A stretch of DNA of 64,000 nucleotides from Octopus sinensis (lineage: Eukaryota), in contig NC_042998.1 in NCBI RefSeq assembly GCF_006345805.1, positions 187,674,001 through 187,738,000 on the forward strand, read 5' to 3'. Made by a program: the position numbers and the translations under genes. The notes under the pieces are model-generated. The model was not told where the DNA came from, made no database searches, and saw nothing but the letters and a program-made list of their open reading frames with translations. Shown here in pieces: positions 25,432 through 37,400 of the stretch. Numbering within the stretch: position 1 is the first letter of the stretch; the number at the start of each line of letters is the position of its first letter.

Positions 25432-26769
25432 TGTTCCAATGCTGGCTTTGGTTGGACAGTTTGACAGGATCCCATGGGTTCAAGGACTGCATCATGCTCC
25501 AATGTCTGCTTTGGTATTTCTATGGCTGGATGCTCTTTCTAATGCCAACCACTTTACCGCATCTACTAGGTGCATTTTCTTTTTTTCTTTGTCACCAGAA
25601 CCAGTGAGATTGCAAGACTACAATTCCCAATGGGTAGATAGCTTTATGCTAAATGAGGAGTTAGAGTATGAAAGAGGCCAGAGCAAGCTTTTTGCTGTAG
25701 GGGAACTTAGGACCACTCACATTTTAGAAGAGTGGTTATGAGGTATCTGGGTGGACTTTCAAGGTATGTGGTAAGTAAGAGTGAGGACAGAGAAACCTGG
25801 AATATAGGTGAATTGAGGTTGCAAGAGTGTATGAGAGACTGAAATAGAGAAAAGAGAAAGGAAGGTAGGAAACAATTGTAGAGATTGTGTAGGGTTAAAG
25901 TAATGAATGGTGGACAAGGGGTGGAGGAGGACTAATAATGCATACAGTGAGTAGTAGAGGATGACTAAAAGAGCAGCAGAATAGCAATGATGACACAATA
26001 GATAGGGGAAGGACAAGTAGGAGATAACATGTGTTTGGATAGGCTGCAGAAGGGAAGGGGTGAGGTAGGTATAGTGCATGAGTGACATACATATGGTGGT
26101 AGAAGGGAAGAAATAATTTGGTAGTACAGTGGGATGGGGGTGATCAATGTAAACTGTGGGTGGAGAGAACAGTGTTAATGGATGAAGGATGGAGAACAAG
26201 TGAAATGGTACCAAGTAATAAGAAAAATATGTAGTAATCAAGGAAGAACTTCAGTTAGAGAGCTGATGTGTAGTGGGAATATTTTTAGGAGATTGGGCAG
26301 AGGGCTCAGTTTTCTCTCTCAGCCAATCCTTGAAGGTATGTCCTGACACATCTACCACCATCTTTCCATGTCTATCTTTCTCTCTAAGTCTCCTTCTCCC
26401 TTCTCTAACTGGAATATCCTTGTATCACTTCTACCGCAAAGTCCCTCTATTATTCTTGTCAACTCTCATCAACTGGCTCAAACCCACGTTCCTCAATACT
26501 ACTCCCCCATCTCCAGTCAAGAAGACTGTCTTGCTTTGCAAGAAACTTGGTAACCCCACCGATGATGGTGCCACAGAAAAAGCAGCCAGCACACTCTGTA
26601 AAGTGATTGGCATTAGGAAGGGCATCCATACATAGAAACCATGCCAAAACAAACAGAACTGGGACCAGCCCTCCAGCTTGCCAGCTCTTGTCAAACTGTC
26701 CAACCCATGCCAGCATGGAGAACACGTTAAACAATGATCACACAGACACAGCACTTCCAGGACTCAATT

Positions 26770-27270
26770 TCACTGAGATAGGAAGGGTTCTTCTCAAGAA
26801 CAACAAATTGGCAGTCACCCCAGCCCTTTGTTATCTCTGTGAGGCTCAAGGTCCCAAGATCAGCCTTTACCACTTCATCCCATATCTTCCTGGGTCTCCC
26901 TCTTCAAATTTTATCAACATTAATATCAGCACTTCTTTATACAGCTGCTTTCATTCATATGTATCATATCATACCAGCACAGTCTTCTTTCTTGTACACC
27001 ACATCTGATTTCTCTCATGCCAAGTTTTCTTTCTCTTAGCACATTTCTACTATGTTGGTCATACACACTAACCTTGCACATCCAATGGAGCATGTTCACT
27101 TCATTTCTTTCCAATCTTCTCAAGCCTTCTGTATTCATTGCTCATGTCTCACTACCATGCAGTGTTGCAGTTCTAACACAAGTGTCATACAATCCACCCT
27201 TCATTCTAAGGGAAAAGACCTTTATTGCCAGCAGTCGGAGCAGTTCCATGAACTTTCTCTCCAGCACATT
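26770..27270 (-). mobile_element. Decayed RTE LINE RT C-terminal fragment
   Basis: ORF 26926-27138 RRLERNEVNMLHWMC...VQERRLCWY. Confidence 0.8.
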
Positions 27271-27279
27271 CTTACTTAA

Positions 27280-27500
27280 CCCTTTAGTGTTCGTATTATT
27301 CTGCCAAAATTAATCCTTTTTTATCCACATTGTTTTGCACTAATCAGGCATTATCTTGGTGCTATGAGATTTTGACGAGGTAGCTGTTAATTTTTAAAAC
27401 GATATTGTAGGGTTGGTGTGAGAGACCAGATCTGGCCAGTTTGAACATAAAACAGGCAGAATACTTTTGGCCGGATATGGCCGGTTTGAATGCTAAAGGG
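27280..27500. mobile_element. piggyBac-type MITE
   Basis: TTAA TSD; TIRs CCCTTTAG / CTAAAGGG. Confidence 0.82.
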
Positions 27501-28004
27501 TTAAGCTACTATACTTTCAGAGCAACCATCTCTGTTGCTAATAACACCTACTAGGTAACAAAAGCTATCAACTATTTCTACTGAGCAATCTGGGCATTTA
27601 AGAGAATCTATTGTCCAGTGTGCTCATAGTACATACTGCACCAGTGCATCTATCACATAGTAAGCTTAAGTTCTGTTTTTTTGTGATTCCGATAGAAATC
27701 TTGTGTGTCTATTACAGTGGGTAGAGCATATGGAGTTTATACCAACACCTTTTCTGCACATCAAACAAGTTCACTTTTCTGAAGATATCAGGATCCTGTC
27801 TTCTTTTGTCTTTGTTAAGTCTACCTTTAAACTTCTCAATTCTTGATTTAGTTTCCATGTCTGGAATTTCCTTTCTAATTCTCCTATAGATTCAGCTATA
27901 GGGACTAAATCATCAACAATAGGAGTCCCCATGGACAACAAGTGGTTGGAGCAAAGTGCCAGCCAAGCTGAAAGTAAGTGTTATTGAATGATATGGCTAA
28001 TAGG

Positions 28005-28222
28005 CAGAATCGTTGGCATGCCGGGCGAAATGCATAGCCGTATTTTGTCTGCCGTTACGTTCTGAGTTCAAATTCCGACAAGGTCGACTTTGCCTTTCAT
28101 CCTTTCGGGGTCAATAAATTAAGTACCAGTTACGCACTGGGGTCGATGTAACCGACTTAATCCGTTTGTTTGTCCTTGTTTGTCCCCTCTGTGTTTAGCC
28201 CCTTGTGGGTAGTAAAGAAATA
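28005..28222 (+). mobile_element. tRNA-derived SINE (Nin-like), slightly 5'-truncated
   Basis: 15-bp TSD GATATGGCTAATAGG at 27990 and 28223. Confidence 0.87.
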
Positions 28223-28339
28223 GATATGGCTAATAGGGAGATATAGGCTAAGAGACAGGCTTGTAAAATCTGGAAGGAAGAAGGTAGCCAAGAGTATTAC
28301 CAACTGGTTAAAAGGACAGCTAAGAAAAGGAGATACTTG

Positions 28340-28830
28340 ACTATGGGTGTGACATCCACCCCTGCTACTGACTTGGTCCCCTAGGTAATGGAAGCTATCA
28401 ACTACTTCTAGTTTTTCTCCCTGTAATGTGGCAGAAGCTGTTCTCTGCACATTTTCTGTGTTTATAGCACCTGAGCATTTGCCACATACAAAAACTATTT
28501 TCCCAGTTAGCCTCCCTTTGATATTGCTGCACTTCTTATGTGTCCATAGCTTACACTGGATTCACCTTATGGAGTATCTACCTAAGCCTTTTCTACAGAT
28601 CGAGCCTAGATGAGCATTCATCCATCCGTTGATGCTCTCGGTGTCAGGGGTTGACCTGCTTTCTCTTCTGTGGGTCTTACAAATAGCAAAGGACCATGTT
28701 TCGGACTTCTCCCACTACAGAGGCGCGATCTTGCGAGCTCTGGGACGAAGACCACTTCACTCAACAGCAACAGCGTCAACAACAATTTCAGTGATGAATT
28801 TACCATGACAGTAAGAGTCCATCAGGGTTC
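28340..28830 (-). mobile_element. Decayed RTE LINE RT fragment
   Basis: LQGEKLEVVDSFHYLGDQVSSRGG, homologous to 61700-61800. Confidence 0.8.
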
Positions 28831-29480
28831 AATCTCCTCCTATTCATCAAAGTCCTATATACATATGCATACAAACATACATATATATCTCATCCCTATC
28901 ACATCTTTTCTCTCTCTACCTAAAGTAGCACGTTTCTCCTCTAACTTTTTGTTTGTCAATACCACTCTTCTCCATAAAAAACCATGCCAAAGCAGAGTTT
29001 CATGCAGTCTTTTGACTTGCCAGATCCTGTCAAACCATGGGAAACGGACATATGATGATGATGCTCAGTATCAAGTGAATGAGAAAGAAGCACTCAATAC
29101 ATACAGAGGATATGGTTTTTAACTGTAACTGAAACTGAGAGTCTTTATCGTGACTTGAATGTCATGCTACTGTAATCTTCAGGCAAAGCTTGACCAAAGA
29201 TCACTGTGGCATGAAACTGTAGTTGCAAAACAAACTCTCAGCTTCAGTATTAATAAAAAAAACTATATATATATATATATTACATTATATATATATATAT
29301 CCACACACACACACATGTATCATCATCATCGTTTAACGTCTGCTTTCCATGCTAGCATGGGTTGGACAATTTTGACTGAGGGCCAGCGAACCAGATGGCT
29401 GCACCAGGCTTCAATCTTGATCTGGCAGAGTTTCTACAGCTGGATGCCCTTCCTAACGTATATATACACATATACATTAT

Positions 29481-29839
29481 CTTTTTCTTTTACTTGTTTC
29501 AGTCATTTGACTGCGCCCATGCTGGAGCACCACCTTTAGTTGAGAAAATCGACCCAGGGACTTATTCTTTGTAAGCCCAGTACTTATTCTATTGGTCTCT
29601 TTTTGCCAAACCACTAAGTGACCAGCATCAGTTGTCAAGCAAACACACACACACATATATATATATATACTTATATGCGATGGGCGTCTTTCAGTTTCTG
29701 TCTACCAGATCCACTCACAAGGCATTGGTCGGCCCGAGGCTATAGCAGAAGACACTTGCCCATGATGCCACGCAGTGGGACTGAACCCGGAACCATGTGG
29801 TTGGTTAGCAAGCTACTTACCACACAGCCACTCCTGCGC
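29481..29839 (-). mobile_element. Second tRNA-derived SINE family, inverted copy
   Basis: Reverse complement of the 23139-23548 family. Confidence 0.85.
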
Positions 29840-30489
29840 CTATATATATATCCACATACACACAAACATGTATAGCGGCAATACATATACTAAAATTGGA
29901 ATGTAGAAGTAAAAGGAACTTTTTACATACATTTTTTTACATTTATATATGTGTGTATGTATGTATGTATACACACACAGGTAGCAGTGTGTGTGGGGGT
30001 GCTGATATAGCCATCCTGTACCACTTCGATGATTAAAAGAAAAGAAACATTCGTTCCAATGAAGTTGATGGTTCTATTTCAGTATCATAGTTCACTACGA
30101 TTATCTCAGCTAGATCATAATCTATGGCAGTAATCTGTTTCGATGATCTCAATAAAAAAACCCAGTTTACAGCTCTGGTTAAATTACAACTCAGTTTACA
30201 GCTGAGGTTAAAATATCTAAACTAATGATCTAAGAGCTTAATCTTATCTTGAGGTTGACTGATGTTCATTGCGTGTTAGACAAACGTAATATATTAGGTC
30301 GATTACAAATAACCAAGTAATTAAATACAAATTGGTTGTATACTGTCAATCTAACGTGAACGTGACAGTAGGGGGTTACACCACCGCTGTTTAGCCCTAG
30401 GAGGCATCGACGCTTCCTGATGGTTTTGACACATTATTCCTGTGTCCTTATATACATTTACGAAGGGGAGACAAACACCCCCAGCAGCC

Positions 30490-30556
30490 AGGCCTGTATC
30501 AAGAGACACGCATGTTTCAGGATCATTGTCCTTCATCGGTCTAGAGTAGCAGACGC
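30490..30556 (-). ncRNA. Type I hammerhead ribozyme motif (U4C core variant)
   Basis: Minus strand reads UCUAGA CCGAUGA AGGA CAAUGA UCCU GAAA CA UGCG UG UC^UCUUGA. Stem II 4 bp, stem III 3 bp, GUC cleavage triplet; stem I 5 of 6 bp, extended by GUCUG/CAGGC past an internal loop. Folded by hand. Confidence 0.7.
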
Positions 30557-30909
30557 CCGTCAGCCGCGAATATCTGTCCCGATCCGCAAATGTATATATC
30601 TAATTTTCAGTGAAGTTTATTCACTGATTACCAAAATCAGAAATATTAAATTTCTAAATCTCTCATAGAGATATGCACGGTAGTGGGGCGATAGAATGGT
30701 TGTATACTGTCAATCTAACGTGAACGTGACAGGACACAGGAATAATGTGTCAAAGCCATCAGGAAGCGTCGATGCTTCCTAGGGCTAAACAGCGGTGGTG
30801 TAACCCCCTACTGTCACGTTCATTCTATCACCCCACTACCGTGCATATCTCTATGAGAGATTTAGAAATTTAATATTTCTAAATACAAATTATTTTAATT
30901 TAACTTTAA

Positions 30910-31435
30910 CCCTTTAGTGTTAAAACCGGCCATATCAGGCCAAAAGTATCTTCCTGTTTTATGCTCAAACCAGCCAGCTCTGACTTCTCGCACCTACCCT
31001 ACAAAGTCATATTAAAAATAAACAGGGACATCGTCAAACTCTCAGAGTTACAAGATGTACAATTAATTTTAAACAATGTAAGAAGCACTATCCGAATCGT
31101 GGCTGATGCCAGCGCCGCCTCGACTGGCTTCCGTGCCAGTGGCACGTAAAAAGCGCCAATCCGACCGTGGCCGTTGCCAGCCTCGCCTGGCACCTGTGCG
31201 GGTGGCACGTAAAAAGCACCCACTACACTCACGGAGTGGTTGGCGTTAGGAAGGGCATCCAGCTGTAGAAACATTGCCAGATAAGACTGGAGCCTGGTGC
31301 AGCCTTCAGGCTTCCCAGATCCCCGGTCGAACCGTCCAACCCATGCTAGCATGGAGAACGGACGTTAAACGATGATGATGATGATGTAATTAAACAGGCT
31401 TTACATTTGACAAAGTAATCTGAATGCTTAAAGGG
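30910..31435. mobile_element. piggyBac-type MITE (same family, opposite orientation) carrying an RTE UTR insertion
   Basis: TTAA|CCCTTTAG ... AAAGGG|TTAA; internal similarity to 27280-27500. Confidence 0.8.
31082..31386 (+). mobile_element. Truncated RTE 3' UTR copy nested in a piggyBac-type MITE
   Basis: Conserved terminus; the flanks match the uninterrupted MITE copies at 27280-27500 and about 56000-56203. Confidence 0.82.
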
Positions 31436-33207
31436 TTAAAATGAGAAAACACCTCAGTATCTAGTTCGTTTTCAATAAAATACATAATTTTAGATTAACT
31501 AGCTTGTGTTTGTTTTTGATAAAGCTGTAGGTTTATTATAATTCAGAAAACATTAAACCTAGCTTTGGAGGATAACTTGTTTAAATGAAGATAATTATAT
31601 CAAAATTGGCACTATTTAACATTCAAAAGTAAACTTTGGTCTTTCCGAGTCATCATTCTAATATTTAAAAAGATCTAACATTGTATTTCTTGTGTACTAT
31701 TACACAGAAATAATTTACAGACAAACGAGGTAATAAGAGGAAGTGAAATTTAGCTAAAACGAGCTTTGGTTGGGGAAAGATTGACTTAGTAATCTTGACT
31801 AAAAAATATATTTCCTTTCTTCAGTTAATTCCCTTCTATCCAATCTTTGAACAATTTTAGAGAATTTCTATTCAAACTCTAAATCTCAACTGCTTATTCA
31901 TGTTATGTCTTTAATTAAGGGATACATTTTAAAGCATGTTATGAGACTTAACATTTCTTTGCATGATTATATAGTGATGCTTAACAATAAGATCAATCAA
32001 TAAAAACTTTACGAGACAGGTTTCGCCCTCACCTACGAATTATAACAACAAATGTTAGATCAGACCACTAATAGGTCTGTAAAGTTTCCATACTCAAAAT
32101 ATATACATTAGAATTAAGATCATCACTCATACAATCGGCATTGAGGGTACCTAACAGGTTTGATTTCATGTAATATAAATAATTTTATTTTGAATAGTGT
32201 GCAGTAGAGAATTAATATTCAGAAAAACGGAAGTACTGTGAGATATATATAGTGTTTTTTGTTTTGTTTCGTTTTGTGGGTTTTTTTTACAAGGACTGGC
32301 CAAGCCACAAAATGTACATTTATAACTAGATACTTTAAGAATTTTGGCAATCTTTCGTCTCTAGTAGACCTTTCCGTCGATTTCCGTAAAAAATTTTTTT
32401 TTTTTTTACATATGGGCTTGCGGGAACTTTTGAAGTAATGAGAGCGAAAGAGACTAAGAGAAAGCGATTGTATGACGAGGGAAGTTCTTTTGAAGTTACC
32501 GTGCATGGGAGCATTGATGTACTTGTGTGTGTGTGTGTTTGATGGGGTGTGGGAGACCGCAAGCCCATATGTAAAAAAAAAAAAAAGAAGTTTTTTACGG
32601 AAATCGACGGAAAGGTCTACTAGAGACGAAAGATCGCCAGAATATTTTAATTTACACCACAGCAGGAATAGTTATTTCAAGATCGACAGAAATCATTAAA
32701 CTAAAATATATTGAAACTATTATTTGTAATGTATCATACGATTCTTGATGTTTTAATGGACATCAAGACATGTTTTAATTAGATTCCTTAAGACAGTATA
32801 GAAGAATACTATTGTGTTGCTATGTAAAGCAATAGAGCTAATGGATATTTAGTGGGAATTTTCGTCGGTTCTAAATTTGCTCAATAATTGTGGACTGTAT
32901 ATATTATTGCATGTTATTTTGATTACAAGTCTTCACGAGATTCATCCCTAATTTACGTGAAAGGGAAAACAACAAGCACTTGCCAAATAGATTTCTGGAT
33001 TGCTAGGAAGGACAAAAATAAAGAATTCCGCTGATCATTAACTACTAATTAATACTGAACGAAGAAAAACATTTGTTAATCAGAATGGCAATGTTTTGTT
33101 TTTGTTTCATCGTTGAAACACTTCTTTTTTTATAATTAACAAAATAAAACGACTTGCATTTATTTTTTTTTGGTCTTGTATATATATTAAAAAAAAATTA
33201 AACTCAC

Positions 33208-33350
33208 TCGTTTCTAAGTATTCATGTATTTTCTTCCGAGATAGGTTATGTAAATGAAGAGAAGCGAAAACAATTGTTCCAGGAGAGAGAGGAAAAGAAA
33301 TGAAGTACCGAGGTCGACTATCACTGGAGGACCAACTATGGCGCCGCGCT
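33208..33350 (-). other. EDC3: Probable non-coding first exon (5' UTR) of EDC3
   Basis: The EDC3 ATG exon begins at a splice acceptor, so an upstream exon must exist. This site has a minus-strand donor CGA|GTGAGT at 33207 next to a CpG-rich promoter-like patch. The 5' boundary is approximate and the link is inferred. Confidence 0.55.
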
Positions 33351-33460
33351 CACTTTCATACACTTCCGCGAACTGTCCCCGGTTTCAACATAATGCAACA
33401 CTCTAAAACGTTACCCGGTTGCGGCTTCTACTTCCGCCTACTTCTGCGCAGTTTATATCA
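33300..33460. promoter_or_regulatory. Promoter-like CpG-rich patch (probable EDC3 promoter)
   Basis: Local CpG enrichment in non-repetitive sequence; two ACTTCCG ETS-type motifs (about 33362 and 33429); ATGGCG core similar to a YY1 site at 33338. Confidence 0.5.
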
Positions 33461-34060
33461 AGTTTTTGTTTGTTTTTGCTAATTAAAGACAAAAAAAACT
33501 AGCTCCAAGAAATTGTTGGGTTTACGTCGGTGGGGAAAAAATTCAGTTTAAATAATTCTTAAAAATATAATAAATTCCTGTGCTTAAGAAGAAGGGCCGT
33601 TTCGGTCATTGACCTTCGAAGAAGGAAATTTGGGCGATCTCTTTCCCTCTTGTTTTCTATTTACATGTTTGTGTTTGTTGACAGTTTTAAACAAAGCAAA
33701 ATGTGCTAATATTAACAGTACACATATCAGAATTAAAATGTTAACTCGGCGATGTTACGGTACACACACACACACACATACACGTACATACACACACACA
33801 TACATACACACATACATACACACACACATACTACATACATACATACACACACAACTACAACTGGACAGACAGATAGATAGATCGAAAAAAGTAAATTGTA
33901 GGATTTGTGTGTAAGTTTAAGCATCTGAATTTTGAATGCCTTCAGTTTATATTGAAAGCATAGCTGCTCTAATTGTTGTACGCAACTCTTTTACACATTA
34001 CTAATTATATGACCGTGCGTTTTAATTAATTGAGTGTTTCGGGCGGTATGAATAACCTCT

Positions 34061-34233
34061 TGCCGTTACGTTCTGGGTTCAAATTCCGCTGAGGTCGACT
34101 TTGCCTTTCATCCTTTCGGGGTCGATTAAATAAGTACCAGTTACGCACTGGGGTCGATATAATCGATTTAATCCGTTTGTCTGTCCTTGTTTGTCCACTC
34201 TATGTTTAGCCCCTTGTGGGTAGTAAAGAAATA
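34061..34233 (+). mobile_element. 5'-truncated tRNA-derived SINE (Nin-like)
   Basis: 16-bp TSD GGTATGAATAACCTCT at 34045 and 34234. Confidence 0.87.
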
Positions 34234-34618
34234 GGTATGAATAACCTCTGCATGTCTTCTCGTACGTAATATGGTCGACACAGTTCATGCTCAATTTGAA
34301 CTTGTGGACGTGTAGGAATAGTAAATGGGTTAAGCGAAAATAAGGGCGACAGATCTATCTGTTGTGCTTGGGTGAATGTACTATACCAGCTAACTAGTTC
34401 AGAGAAGTGGCCGTTGTCACAACAGTTTTATTATTTATTTATTTTTGGTTTTAATCCGGAGGAAGAGGACTGGTCACTCTATGGTCGTATGAAATTGACA
34501 TGATTGATGTTCGGAAGAATCTGCAAATTAATGGTTGCATGCAAACTATGTGCAATAAAGGATTCCAGATGGCTGATATCTGATGAGAAAGGATTTGGAA
34601 AAGTGGTTATGAGGGTGT

Positions 34619-35580
34619 TGTGAATCTTGCAAGCATGAAGTGGATTCGATCCACCATAGCCAAATTTAAATTACAGTTCAACAGAACTTTTCACACAGTG
34701 GAACAATGGGTTTTTTTCAGTGACAGCAGTTTTACATATGCCAGATGCCTTTAGCTAGGCCAAAATAATGTCTTCACCACTTGACCTCTTCTATTTCACC
34801 AAAGGCTAGAATTAAGATAACAAGACCACCAACTAAATCTATTGTTCTCAACAATATGTCTATCCTTCTGGATAGTTATAAAAACAAGAACCCGCAAGCA
34901 AAAGACAGTTAGTCACTTGGTGATAACTCTACCAGTTAGTGACTTGGTAACAATCGAATTAGTCGGTTCGTGACAACTCAATTAGTTAATGAATGACAAA
35001 CTCGAGTCAGAGACAGCTACCATCAGTTAGGGAGCAGAACGCTAGAATCATGATCCAAAGCAAGGCAGTTACTAAAGACAACGGTCAAATGGAGAAATGA
35101 AATTTACTGTCAGCAGCTATGAGACCCAACTTCCCCCACTCTCTCACTTTCATTAACTCGCTTTATCTTCCCTGCACATTACCATTTCTCTGTAGTGAAT
35201 CTTGCATGCATGAAGTGGATTCGATCCACCACAGCCAAATTTAAATTAACACTGCAACGGAACTTTTCCAACGATGGAACAATGGTTCTTCTCTGACAGC
35301 AGTTTTACATTTTCCAGATGCCTTTAGCTAGGCCGAAATAATGTCTTCACTACTTGAACCTTTCTAACCTCTTCTACTTCACCAAAAGCTAGTATAGAGA
35401 TAACAAGACCACCAACTAAATCTATAGTTCTCAATGGTATATCTATCCTTCTGGATCTTTATATAAGCAAGCACATCCCAAGCAAAAATCAGTTCGTCAC
35501 AGTCGGTGACGACTCCACGAAGTCTGGCTGACCAGCTAGAACATTGGTCAGAGGGAGAAATGAAATTTACTGTCAGCAAC
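34619..35580 (+). repeat. Diverged direct duplication, period about 575 bp
   Basis: GTGAATCTTGCA..GAAGTGGATTCGATCCACC blocks at about 34619 and 35196, with colinear downstream similarity. Confidence 0.8.
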
Positions 35581-35899
35581 GTCCCACACCCTACAATTTT
35601 CACTAGCATCATCCTATCTGTCTTCGCAATTACTACTAAACAATGAAGAGAACCCAAACACAAAATTTACTTCGCATGCCTTCGGACATATCATGAAATT
35701 GTATACAAATCAATTTATCCTGTTACATCTGCTTCTATGGTTTACTACTACAATACGAACACACAGGCCGAAATTAACTTTTTTACTTCGCACGCTCTAG
35801 GATTTTATCACCTGCCCGTCGAGGCAAGGTATTATATTCAATGTAACGGTAAATAAATATTTTCTTCACAATTTCAATCACTGTTCTGTCATCTTTATA

Positions 35900-37400
35900 T
35901 AATGGCTATCAACGAAGAACCAATTCTTACACACTGATTACGACTCCGACGTTCCATCCTACTGTGTATCGACTATCGTCTTCCCATATTATTGTTTACT
36001 AAATAATATCGCCCGCTACAAAGAGCCTGGGAGCACGGTAAACACAATATGGATGATGAGAAGAGGAGAAGCAAGTGAGTTGGATGAACCTGAATGGAGA
36101 TGGATCAAAATCAACTCCAAGGAGCAGAAGCCACTCTAGTAGTTTTAGAAGCAGGGATTGAGTGTGAAAACAGCACATCTCTGATACAATAGCTGGATTG
36201 TGTTGGTCAGAGACTTGGGTGGGATGGGTGTAATGCTGTTTAAAATATCTGGATGCGTACCAGCAGCATCGCCCCAGATATGGGAGCAGTATTCCATTGT
36301 AGATCTCAACTGGGCTTTGTGTAAGTTCAGTAGCTATTTGGGAGCTTGGCTATAGGTTGTAAGGTCACCAAGAATAATCACGATTATTAGTATTTGTAGC
36401 AACTCTGAGGATTCTAGATACATAAAGAGACAAAAGAAACATCCGCTAGCTGCTGTAACACATTGGTGACTGAGTTTTTGCCAGTCAACCTGATAGTCTT
36501 GTCTAGGATATTTATTTGCAGAGTAGCAGCGCTATCTCAAATATATATGGAATATATTTGAGCTTTGTAGAGAATCTACAATTGGTTGAACTCGTCTCTG
36601 ACCTCAATGAGAAGACCTAGTCTCATGCGATGTAGTTTCAACAGTGTAATTATGAGAGGTTAGGTATTTAACATTTGAAGGAACTCTAATAATTTTACCA
36701 GTGTGTCGTGCAAAACTTTCCTGAATATGTATAGTGATTGTTTTTGTAATGATCACTCACACTAGATTAGATTGATATATTCCGTTTAGAAGACATTTAT
36801 GAGGTTTCTGTACGTAGAAGACATATAAGGCTGGTAAGATGTCTAACTCTAAGAGATGAGTGACAGGTGAAGCAGTTAAGCGAACAAACTTGTATTTTGC
36901 AGGTAAATTTAACAGCTTTCGAGACAATCATATCGTATCTTTTAGTATGACTCTTTCCACGTGGATTTTAATGTGTAGTTTTGCATGTGACGGTTCTTCG
37001 TTTATTCTAACGATTCACATTCTTTGCTAGCAACGATGCATCACGATCAGAGTGGATGTATGTCAATGTAAAGACTTCTCGGCAGCCTTGATCATTGTCT
37101 TCTGACGTCCAAAATAACTGAAGTTCAAAACTCAATCAACAGCGAGATGAAACTTAGAGACAGATTTTTAGAATGCACAATATCATTCTTGTTGTTCCTG
37201 AATGGGACAACCCTTCGTGTATTTGGATAGTAAAATAAAAGCACAGAAGGTACGCATCAATACATTTCGAACAATATTGTTCTTTCCAGAACAATGATTA
37301 GTCGAGTAAGAAAAATATGCATTCTGCTTGACACGCCATTCCTGTATCTCGTCTTTCAGTTTATAGAGACTTCTTTTATCCAACATAAAGACGACTGACC
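35900..37400 (-). mobile_element. Highly decayed LINE RT (CR1/Jockey-like)
   Basis: Minus strand gives LHKAQLRSTMEYCSHIWG near 36250-36330, with degenerate FADD-like and KAFDKV-like segments upstream. Boundaries are approximate. Confidence 0.55.

Noticed and set aside
33214-33225. uORF ATG-AAT-ACT-TAG in the putative EDC3 5' UTR exon
   Set aside because: Three codons are expected by chance and the exon itself is unconfirmed.
33596-33632. Hammerhead-like GGTC-AAT-GACC-GAAAC on the minus strand
   Set aside because: The core reads CUUCGAA rather than CUGANGA and no stem I can form; at most a decayed relic.
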